IMG/VR virus record: IMGVR_UViG_2595698451_000001
Location: 91,632 to 155,631 of that record
Direction: 5' to 3' (one strand)
Length of the DNA: 64,000 nt
Origin: a virus
Lineage: Duplodnaviria > Caudoviricetes
Shown here in pieces: positions 32,270 through 40,976 of this stretch. A program made the position numbers and the translations under genes. Position 1 is the first letter of the stretch. Each line of letters begins with the position of its first letter. Below the pieces are notes generated by a model that saw only the letters and a list, made by a program, of their open reading frames with translations, ran no database searches and was not told the origin of the DNA.

Positions 32270-34465
32270 ATGAAAAGGGATAAGTATATCGTCTGGGAAG
32301 TAGAGGACCTGCCGGAACTAACTAAGCAGGAGCTAAATATTCTGAACAGTATTTCAGAGCGTATGGCTATGGAAAAGCAGGTGAAAGGTAAAGACACAAA
32401 TCCTAACTACCTTGTTATTAAAACCAGTGCCTCTTATGCAGGTACGGTGAGAGACCTCATGCGTCAACATGGGGACTGGGATTGATTGTTAGCCCAGTTC
32501 CTTAATTTTTAGAAAGTTGTTGACACGCAGTCAAGGGAGACTGTATAATATAGCCATTGATACAGAGTGGTTTTAGACGCTATAGAAAGTGTGACGAACG
32601 ATGCCTATGATGAAGGTGAAAAAGCAGGATACTCAGAAGGCTATGAAGAAGGTTATGATATCGCCATAGATATGAACGAAGACTAACAGACTAATACTAA
32701 TACAACACAAGGAGAATTTAGATGTCACATCCAGTAGCAGTAATCATCGCATGCGCTGTAGGAATTGTCCTAGTAAGGGTAACGATGGATATTAGAGAAA
32801 AAGCAAACAACAAGCATAACAGGAGGAGGGACTAAAATGAAAAAGAAACTTATATGAAGAAAACTGGGTTTGTTCCTGATGAGAGGGTTGTGCATATCAG
32901 CGAGGTTCAGGAGGCTGCACTAAAAGAAACTTTTTGAGGACTATGGCGGGCATGTTGAAGAAATCCTTGATGTTATTGAAGCCAACTGGGATGGCTGGAT
33001 GGACAATGAGTTCGATGATTACCACCCTCTAACTCACCTAGATCAGTACACCTTAACAAAAATCATAATGACTGGGGAGTACACAGTCCGAGATAACTTC
33101 GAACAAGTGATACTAGATCGTATTGGGGATGTGAAATCAAGGTCCACAACAGAAAGTGTCGTAACAGTTCTATATCAAGTTCTTAATGACTACAGACGAT
33201 TTAAGGAGGAAGATTTAAATGCAAAGAAAAGAGCAGCTAAATTTTATCCGAGATAGTATTGAGGCATTTGAAGGTCCCTTCACCAAGGCTGAGATGGACA
33301 CGATCATGGAGGAGGACTTCCTCCATCTTAGCGATGAAGAACTAGCAGAGCAGGCAGCTTGGTACGAGGAGTTATGGTTAAAATAAACAGGGGAGGGACT
33401 AAATAGTGCCTAAGTTTGAAGTAACATATGAGCATGAGATCGTTAGAACCTACAGAATTACAATTGAGGCGGATTCAATAGAAGACGCACAGAACAAAGT
33501 TGACTACCTAGAGTTCGATACCAGCGATGAGGAGCTTGTAGACGAAGAGGGTTTACGAATAAACGTCACGGATATTGAAGAAGTCGAGGAGGGAGAGTAA
33601 GTGGCTAAGAAAAAGCAGAACCTCGCAGACCAGATAAGTGAGTGGGATAAAGTAATCCAGAAACAGTTTGATGACAGACGTGAAAGAGATCAGCTGCTGG
33701 AACCTAGTCGACCAGCCATCCCTCGTATCGTTAATTCCGCACAGGCTTTAGGTCGGATGGCGCACTACATTCAGATGACCTCCGATATGGCACATGAAGG
33801 ACTCCTTGCAGCAGATAAATCGCAAAGGATTATAGATAACCAGATCAAGCATATGACCAATGAGATGACTTACCTCTCCATGTTCTTGAAAAAGGAGGAC
33901 GAAGAGTAATGGAGGACCTTTCAATTACTTTATTTATGATCTTCTGTACTCCTTTTGGGTGGGCAGGCATCTTCATCTTTGGATTAGCAGCCAGCTTTGT
34001 CATTAAAGCGTGGAGAGGGGTTAAAAAATGACTAACATTATAGACAAGCATATCCTGTTAAAACGACTTCGTTATGTTGCTGAAAAGCTGCGGGAGTATG
34101 AATCAAAACATCCCGAGCAAGAAGCGTATATCCTAGGCGGACTTAAGGTAGTAACTGACCTTGAATATCAGATTAGAAACGGTCTGTACGATGCTGAGGT
34201 AGGGAAGGGGCATCTTATAGGCTGTCAAACGGGTCGGTTCTCCAGCAGCGAGACCAACCTGAGTGCGGAACCTAAGAGCGGTCCTCCTGTTGTAAACGGA
34301 CATGCGCTTTATACCAAGGAGGACTTTAAAGACATGACCGGAGAAGAATTGGAGAGCAGCTATACTGCACACCTTGTCTTGGATGGCGGTCTCGCTATTT
34401 GTAAAATCTGCGGGGAAGGGGAAGCAGGGTTAGACAATCCTTGCAAACCGGAGGGAGAAAAGTAG
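32270..34465 (+). CDS. Small hypothetical genes, some broken (32270-32485, ~32853-33256, 33406-33600, 33601-33909, 34028-34465)
   Basis: RBS-led short ORFs; fragments at 32550-32690 and a frameshift near 32935. Confidence 0.6.
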
Positions 34466-34508
34466 CGGGCACCTCGTCCTATATTAGACACAGAAAGGAC
34501 GTGATGAT

Positions 34509-35942
34509 TTGAGCAAGTTTAGACCGAAATTCCATATTACACCGGAGAGTGGATGGATGAGTGATATTCAGCGCCCGCTATACCTTAACGGAGCTCATCA
34601 TTTGTTTTACCTCTATAACGGTGATTTTAGCTGGGGAGGTAATGGAACAGAGTGGGCACATGTAAAGTCCGTGGACTTGAAGAACTGGAAAAGGCTACCT
34701 ATAGCAATACCAAAGTACACAGATGAAGCCGGAGACCCATGGACCGGGAGTGCTATTGTGGACAAAGATAATACTGCGGGGTTTGGAGAGGGTGCCGTAA
34801 TCGCACTACTGACTATGCCAGCCCCAGAGTACCAATATACTCACCTGTGGTACAGTACAGATGAAGGTAGCAGCTTTAAACATTATAATCCTGGTCCTTC
34901 CTCTTCAACTCCACAGCCTGTAATGAAGAACCCGACAGGGAGTTCTGATTTTAGAGACCCGAAAGTAATTTGGCACGAAGAGACTCAAAGTTGGGTGATG
35001 CTGCTTGCAGAAGGGGACAAGGTAGGATTTTACAAGTCCAAAAATCTTAAGGACTGGGAATACCTTAGCGGGTTTGTAAGACCGGACATAGGGGTTATCG
35101 AATGTCCCGATCTTTTCCAGATCAACCTAGATGAAGACTCGAATAATAAAAAATGGGTTCTTATGATCGGGGGTAACGGGTTTAACTATGGCTTGACAAC
35201 TGGGTTCTGTTATTTTGTAGGTGACTTTGACGGGGTTAATTTTAAACCAGAGACCGACATTCAGTGGCTCGAAAGAGGGGCGGACTCCTATGCTGGAGCT
35301 ACTTGGGACGCACCGTATACAGAAGGTAACTATAGATACTACATCTCATGGATGAACAACTGGGCTTACGCATTAGAGACTCCTTGGGAAGAGTACAACG
35401 GGAACGCAAGTATAGTGAGAGAGCTGCGCCTGAAAACTGTTAAAGGCATACCTAAGCTCGTTCAGCAGCCACTCTGGAATTTGTCAGAAGGTTTCGAAGA
35501 GGTTCTATCCTTAAACCACTTTGAGCTCACAAGGGGTAACGTTATTCAGCAGTCTGACTTAAAATCGTACATAGTAAACCTAGCTGTAGAGGTAACTGAT
35601 GTCACAAGAGGTAAGTTTGGTATAGCTCTTCGAGACGGTGTAAACCACACTGATCTGGTATATGATGCAGCTAACAACGAGCTTATATTCAACCGTCAAC
35701 AGAGTGGAGCAGTAATTGACAAACCTGAGTTTAACAACTTACAACGAACAATAACCCTTCCTAAAGATGGACGAATTAAGTTAGAAATCGTAGTAGACAA
35801 CAGCACTGTGGAGATATTTGTTAATGACGGCGAAGAAGTCCTTTCAAATATGATATTCCCCGAAGAGGGCTCGACAGGATTCCGTATATGGACAGACGAT
35901 TCAGCGCTAATTGAAAGTCTGTCTATTAAGAAGGCGGACTAG
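34509..35942 (+). CDS. GH32 levanase/fructan hydrolase with no signal peptide
   Basis: WMSDIQRP, WTGSA, FRDPKV, IECPD and C-terminal DNSTVEIF beta-sandwich. Confidence 0.92.
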   Translation: MSKFRPKFHITPESGWMSDIQRPLYLNGAHHLFYLYNGDFSWGGNGTEWAHVKSVDLKNWKRLPIAIPKYTDEAGDPWTGSAIVDKDNTAGFGEGAVIALLTMPAPEYQYTHLWYSTDEGSSFKHYNPGPSSSTPQPVMKNPTGSSDFRDPKVIWHEETQSWVMLLAEGDKVGFYKSKNLKDWEYLSGFVRPDIGVIECPDLFQINLDEDSNNKKWVLMIGGNGFNYGLTTGFCYFVGDFDGVNFKPETDIQWLERGADSYAGATWDAPYTEGNYRYYISWMNNWAYALETPWEEYNGNASIVRELRLKTVKGIPKLVQQPLWNLSEGFEEVLSLNHFELTRGNVIQQSDLKSYIVNLAVEVTDVTRGKFGIALRDGVNHTDLVYDAANNELIFNRQQSGAVIDKPEFNNLQRTITLPKDGRIKLEIVVDNSTVEIFVNDGEEVLSNMIFPEEGSTGFRIWTDDSALIESLSIKKAD

Positions 35943-35962
35943 ATATAGAGGCTTATACCACT

Positions 35963-35991
35963 AAAAACAAGGGTTATCCCCTTGTTTTTTT
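35963..35991 (+). terminator. Intrinsic terminator between levanase and the parM module
   Basis: AAAAACAAGGG/CCCTTGTTTTT. Confidence 0.85.
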
Positions 35992-36003
35992 ATTTATGTA
36001 CAG

Positions 36004-36032
36004 ACATAGGATTCCGCATATGCCCATAAAGT
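36004..36032 (+). promoter_or_regulatory. Putative sigmaE-type promoter
   Basis: CATA (36005-36008), 16 nt, CATAAAGT (36025-36032); no sigmaA -35 or TATATTA motif here. Confidence 0.6.
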
Positions 36033-36087
36033 AGAATCACAAGGGTATTACAAAGTATGCGAAGGAATGACAAAGGAGGAGTTAAGT

Positions 36088-37167
36088 GTGACAAAGTATG
36101 CGGGTTTTAATGTAAAAGCGTTGGACGATGGGTATGGGGATGTAAAATTCGACAGCACAGGTTCTCCTAATCTTATCCCATCATTCGTCACAAGTTTTAA
36201 GGAAAAGCCTAAAAAGGACTTTGGGCAAGACAGCAAGCTGTGGTATGTAGCCAGCGAGATTGACGGAGAAAGATATGTAGTAGGAGACTACGCAATGAAG
36301 CTGGACCCAAACATCATCTGGGCTGGAGGGGAAAACAAACACACTGACAAGAGGTTCCCGGTCTTATTAAAAACTACCCTTGGGCTAATGAGCTCGGGAA
36401 GACATGAAGTAATCGACACACTTATGATGAACCTCCCTATCAGATACGACACAAAGGAAAGACGGCAGCAGCTTACAGAAGTAGCCCAAGGTACTCACAC
36501 CGTAGCTTTAAGTAGCGATGGGGTTAACTTCATTAAAAGAATGGTCACAGTAAATAACGTGGAGATTAAGAAGCAGCCGTTCGGTAGCCTGTGTGATGTG
36601 ATACTGGATGGTAACGGAGACATCATTGATAAGGACACAGCCAAAGGGTTCAACGTCATTGTAGATGTAGGTGCTCGGACACTAAACATCCTCACTGTAG
36701 ACGCCTTAGAGGAACAGACGGAGCTCTCACTACAAACGAACGATGGGATGTACACAGCATTCAGTCAGGTAGGTTCCTATCTAGAGAAGGAGCTTGACGT
36801 GATTATCCCGGACGGTAAGCTGCCGCAGATCATTAGCCAAAAGGAAATCAAGAATATGGATATCACACCGCTTATTAATAGCACGTACGAGAATCATGCA
36901 AACACAATACTAGCTGTACTAGATAAGGTGCTAGTCAACTCATGGGGTTTTGTTACTTCTGTCATCTTCACAGGCGGAGGAGCCGGGAAAGAGCTGCTGA
37001 GACCGTATATTGAAAAGCGCTTCAACAGAGTACCTTCTGTCTTCTTAGACCGTTATTCAAATGTCCAGGGTCTCCGTAAGTATGGAATCCGACAATCGAA
37101 AAAGAACCCTAAGAAGGTAAATAACATCAAGATTCAGGTGGGCAATCATGAGTACAGTCCGAAGTAA
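36088..37167 (+). CDS. ParM/StbA/Alp-family actin-like ATPase
   Basis: LDDGYGDVK, VDVGARTLN and IFTGGGA motifs; AAGGAGG RBS before GTG 36088. Confidence 0.9.
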   Translation: MTKYAGFNVKALDDGYGDVKFDSTGSPNLIPSFVTSFKEKPKKDFGQDSKLWYVASEIDGERYVVGDYAMKLDPNIIWAGGENKHTDKRFPVLLKTTLGLMSSGRHEVIDTLMMNLPIRYDTKERRQQLTEVAQGTHTVALSSDGVNFIKRMVTVNNVEIKKQPFGSLCDVILDGNGDIIDKDTAKGFNVIVDVGARTLNILTVDALEEQTELSLQTNDGMYTAFSQVGSYLEKELDVIIPDGKLPQIISQKEIKNMDITPLINSTYENHANTILAVLDKVLVNSWGFVTSVIFTGGGAGKELLRPYIEKRFNRVPSVFLDRYSNVQGLRKYGIRQSKKNPKKVNNIKIQVGNHEYSPK

Positions 37168-37453
37168 GAAAAACAACAGACGAACACTTTACCTTAGTGA
37201 TAGGAAGGATAAAGACATTCTGGATTACATTGAACCGCTTATGGATGATCGCTATGACTTTTCCTTTGTGATCCGGGAGCTGGTTAGAGACGGTATTAAA
37301 TATAGAACACGTCCGGCAGTAGCTCCCACACCCACTCAGGTTGTACCACAAGAAAATGGCATACAAAGTAATCCACCTGAGCTGTCCGATATCGTTCTGA
37401 AGAAGAAAGAGTTGTCCGATGAAGACATCGAGGAAAGGCTAGATAGCTTCTAA
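37148..37453 (+). CDS. ParR-like ribbon-helix-helix adaptor
   Basis: RTLYL..KDKDILDYI..FSFVIRELVRDGI plus acidic tail; overlaps the actin gene. Confidence 0.75.
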   Translation: MSTVRSKKNNRRTLYLSDRKDKDILDYIEPLMDDRYDFSFVIRELVRDGIKYRTRPAVAPTPTQVVPQENGIQSNPPELSDIVLKKKELSDEDIEERLDSF

Positions 37454-37563
37454 TTTCCCGCTTTTTTCCCTGAAAGCCATATTTCCCTTAATTCCCGCAT
37501 TTTTAGGGAAAAACGGCTGATTTATAAGGTTTCGGTGTATATGTTTTTAAGGGAAATTGGGAA
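37454..37563. repeat. TTCCC/GGGAA iteron cluster (candidate centromere-like site)
   Basis: TTCCC at 37455, 37466, 37483, 37492; GGGAA at 37506, 37551, 37559. Confidence 0.6.
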
Positions 37564-37579
37564 AGAAAAGGGATGCTGG

Positions 37580-38131
37580 TCACCCAACATCCGCCCAAGT
37601 TTTTCTTTGAATAATGTAAGAAATGGTTCTCCGATGTACCCCAAACATAGTAGATAACTTTTCGTGAGTATACTCTCCAGTTGCAGCTAGCTTTCTAATC
37701 TCAATGACATCCTGTTCTGTAAGTTCCGCCCGATTCCTACCTTTAGGTTTTGGTTTAGTTTTTTTGACTGGTTTTGTACGCTTTTTAACCGGAGGTTTCA
37801 TAAGTCCATGAGCATATGCGTGCTTATGGTTCTCACTCGATGTGCTCCACTCAAGGTTACTGATACAGTTGTTTTGTTTATTAGTATCTTTATGGTTGAC
37901 CTCTCGTTTGTTATCAGGATTAGGTATAAACACAAGAGCAACCAGACGGTGGACTCTATAATTTTTACACTGGCTGTTAGAACACAGAGACACCTGATGG
38001 TACCCTAACGGAGTAGTATAGGGTTTTAAAATACGACCAGTGTTAGCGTTTTTAACCCTACCTAACGTACTGACTGCATACTTGTCTCCATGTTTCACAA
38101 CACCTTTTAGGGATTCCCAATTTTCTTTCAT
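37580..38131 (-). CDS. Free-standing NUMOD4-HNH homing endonuclease
   Basis: YAVSTLGRV, VHRLVA, VNHKDTNKQNNCISNLEW, C-terminal HTH; own AAGGAG RBS and TG-TACAAT promoter. Confidence 0.9.
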   Translation of the reverse strand: MKENWESLKGVVKHGDKYAVSTLGRVKNANTGRILKPYTTPLGYHQVSLCSNSQCKNYRVHRLVALVFIPNPDNKREVNHKDTNKQNNCISNLEWSTSSENHKHAYAHGLMKPPVKKRTKPVKKTKPKPKGRNRAELTEQDVIEIRKLAATGEYTHEKLSTMFGVHRRTISYIIQRKTWADVG

Positions 38132-38235
38132 TATGGCAACTACTCCTTAATATATATATATTTGTCTTTATTGTACCACAATTCAGAAAACTAACAGGTG
38201 TTGAGGGAAATTTAAAATAGACAGGAGGGAAAAAG

Positions 38236-38796
38236 GTGGTCAAATACACAATCACTTCACGATTTCAGGCTACAGAAGCATTTAGGGATCATCCGCATAC
38301 AGGTGTCGATCTGGCGATGCCTGAAGGAACTGATCTGAAAGCCATAGTCGATGGAGTAATCAGAACAGCAGACTACGGTAGTTCTTCCACAGGAAAAACG
38401 GTGTTCATAGATGCGGCGGATGGAAGAACCTACATCTATGGACACCTGAAGGATTATTCAGTAAGCGATGGTCAGTCGGTCCATGTGGGTGATATTTTAG
38501 GTCATTCAGGTAATACGGGACACAGCACGGGTCCTCATCTCCACTTCGGTATAAAGGAGCACGGAGAATTTATAGACCCGACACCGTACACTTCACTCAT
38601 TCAGTATATGGATCAATTAAAAGGGGCAGCTCACGCAACCGTTAACTCTGGCTTGGATGCTCTGGAAATGCTAAACCAAGCGCTGAGCCAGTTTACTCAG
38701 ACGTTATCGGAGATGACGTTGAACTGCATCAGTCTATTACTCGAAAACCATACAGTGTCTCTAATATCCGATATAGTTCTCTCATGGTTATGTTGA
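38236..38796 (+). CDS. M23 peptidoglycan endopeptidase
   Basis: HTGVD, YGHL, GHSGNTGHSTGPHLHF; hydrophobic C-terminus, no signal peptide. Confidence 0.92.
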   Translation: MVKYTITSRFQATEAFRDHPHTGVDLAMPEGTDLKAIVDGVIRTADYGSSSTGKTVFIDAADGRTYIYGHLKDYSVSDGQSVHVGDILGHSGNTGHSTGPHLHFGIKEHGEFIDPTPYTSLIQYMDQLKGAAHATVNSGLDALEMLNQALSQFTQTLSEMTLNCISLLLENHTVSLISDIVLSWLC

Positions 38797-38890
38797 CATT
38801 CTGCTTATCCTGAATTGTGTGGAGAACAATATGATCGACATTCTGCATTTGCTTCTCGTATCTGGTCAGCGGTTTAGAATCAAAGAGCAT
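38729..38890 (-). CDS. 53-aa protein not in the ORF track (MLFDSKPLTRYEKQMQNVDH...LYGFRVID)
   Basis: Perfect AAAGGAGGT RBS (38906-38898) and sigmaG-type promoter on the minus strand. Confidence 0.75.
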   Translation of the reverse strand: MLFDSKPLTRYEKQMQNVDHIVLHTIQDKQNVNITMRELYRILETLYGFRVID

Positions 38891-38913
38891 GGTCGCTACC
38901 TCCTTTCAAGAGT

Positions 38914-38942
38914 TAGTATGTCCGATCGAATTTCAATTATAC
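38914..38942 (-). promoter_or_regulatory. Putative sigmaG-type promoter
   Basis: GTATA, 17 nt, CATACTA on the minus strand, matching the B. subtilis sigmaG consensus. Confidence 0.75.
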
Positions 38943-38956
38943 AGGGGGAATTAAAA

Positions 38957-39157
38957 ATGACGAGTATCTTTTTGGCAGTAGGTGGAGTTGCAGTTGTTTG
39001 TTCCGCAGGCACTGGTTTAGCAGCAGCTTTGAAATGGTTCCATAACTATGAGCCGGATGTGGATAAAAAGAAAAAGACCGTTAGAGAAACACGTAACCCG
39101 AACAGAAGCAGACTGGACGATTTGAGTAAAAAAGTACGTACAGATAATCACCTATAA
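38957..39157 (+). CDS. Small membrane protein
   Basis: GGGGGA RBS before ATG 38957; N-terminal hydrophobic segment, basic tail. Confidence 0.7.
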   Translation: MTSIFLAVGGVAVVCSAGTGLAAALKWFHNYEPDVDKKKKTVRETRNPNRSRLDDLSKKVRTDNHL

Positions 39158-39170
39158 GGGGGTAACTGAA

Positions 39171-39722
39171 ATGATCGTTACGATGTCATCTAGAGAGCTC
39201 AATTCAGCTGTCAGTTACAAAAGCCCGGTACAGCAGTTTAACCTTAAGGAGAAAGTTGAAGACGATGTGCTTTTTATTGCAAACACTTTACAAAAGGAGG
39301 TGATCGAGGGAACGACCGGACAGCAGAGAAAAAAGATCAAGCAGCTGAAGAAATTGCTGAAAGGGTTCGTTGTGGTTATGGGGGCGGGAATACAAGCAAC
39401 ACCCAAAGCCTTTGCCGCAGCACCCCTAACCGGAGCAACTACGTCAGCAGCAGCCAATCAGATAACACCAGCAATGGTGATGAGTTGGGGTCTGAATTTA
39501 GCTTTAATCTCTGTATCGGTGGGCGTAGCATTGTCGATGACTCTTCTGACACTAGCTGGGATCTACAGAATGATGAGGAAGAGAAAGGAAGCCCAAGAGT
39601 GGACTACCGATGTGATCAAGGGTCTCGTGCAGGTTTTAGTTGCAGTCCCGGTCGTATATCTGCTCTTTTATCTGGCGCAAACGGTATTCAAAAGCTTGCC
39701 GATTTTAAGCGGACTCTTTTAA
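39171..39722 (+). CDS. TrbC/VirB2 pilin-like membrane protein
   Basis: Basic/hydrophobic leader ending AFA, then two TM helices flanking a basic loop (RKRKEAQEW...IKGL). Confidence 0.55.
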   Translation: MIVTMSSRELNSAVSYKSPVQQFNLKEKVEDDVLFIANTLQKEVIEGTTGQQRKKIKQLKKLLKGFVVVMGAGIQATPKAFAAAPLTGATTSAAANQITPAMVMSWGLNLALISVSVGVALSMTLLTLAGIYRMMRKRKEAQEWTTDVIKGLVQVLVAVPVVYLLFYLAQTVFKSLPILSGLF

Positions 39723-40845
39723 AAGCAGCTACACTGGCACCCGTAGCGGTTCTCTCTTCTGCTGTTGTCTCTTCCATGTCGGCAAAAGCCTACGCACAAG
39801 CTACAGATGTAAAAGCACCCATCGACCTTCTTCTGCTGGGGCGTAACAAGGATCAAAATATCCTGACTGCTATACCCGATGCAGTACAGACGTTTAATAC
39901 AGCTGTAGCTAAAGTAAATGAGTTCCTTTCAGACCTCCCACACAATATCGCTGAAATGTCCGTCCATTTAATGAGCTGGCTGTATGAACTCTGTGCTACA
40001 CTGATCCTGAAGACTCCCTTGTGGCTTTTTAATAACGAGTGGTTTGAGAATACCACTTATCTGTTTAGTATGCTGGCTATTGGTATCGTTTCCGTTCTGA
40101 CCGTCATTGAATCGGTAAAGCTCATGCTCAGCAGAGGAAAGAAAAAGAGATCAGGTCCGATGGATTTTAAACTGATTATGCAACGGTGGGGAATTGTAGC
40201 AGCAGCAATGACTGGAATACCTTTCTGCTTTCAGAAAGCCTTCCAAGGACTGAACAAGATATCAGATGTACTCATCTCAATGGGAGCGAGTACGATGGAC
40301 GCTATCGCTCTCCCTACTCATATCTCTGTATGGGATGTGTGCTCGCTGGTGTTATTCGATGTAGTTCTTATTTCTACAATTGTTCCGGTGCTGTGGCAGA
40401 ATGGCAGAAGATTTTTTGATGTCATGGTTTTGGGAGTAACAGCTCCGCTGGCACTGACAGCTTGGATATTCGATCCGTACAGACATCTATTTCAGCAGTG
40501 GTGGAATAACTTGAAACACTTGTCTATGGTGCAGGTTTACTATGCGCTCTTCCTACTGATCCTTGGCTGGTTTATATTTGGCGTACCGACACCCAAGGAC
40601 GTTGTAGGGATCGTAGTGAAGATGCTTGTAGTAATCGGCGGGTTCACCAGAATGACTTCTCCACCAAGACTTATTGCTAAACATCTGGATAACGGTGGCG
40701 GGCTGGATGAGGTGTACGGCGGAGATAAAAATGATACCATTAAAAAAGTTCAACGGAACTTTAAGGATACAGCCAGATTCTCATGAAGCCATCTTCAGCG
40801 GCACAGACAGTTTACAAGCGTGTTAAAGACATGAAGAAAAAATAG
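39690..40845 (+). CDS. TrbL/VirB6-like polytopic membrane protein (start uncertain; frameshift near 40782)
   Basis: About 5-6 TM helices; RRFFDVMVLGVTAPLALTAWIFDP...FQQWW is a VirB6-type signature. Confidence 0.65.
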
Positions 40846-40856
40846 GAGGTAAAGTC

Positions 40857-40976
40857 ATGAGTGCAGGCATGCTTATTCTGATTCTGAATACAACGATGCT
40901 GCTAACAAATGCATTGGTTACATCAGTCCAAAGTAGTCTTATTATGAAAGCTGTGAGAGACGATGTTAAAAGTTAA
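40857..40976 (+). CDS. 39-aa hydrophobic peptide
   Basis: AGGAGGT RBS; overlaps the FtsK start. Confidence 0.6.
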   Translation: MSAGMLILILNTTMLLTNALVTSVQSSLIMKAVRDDVKS

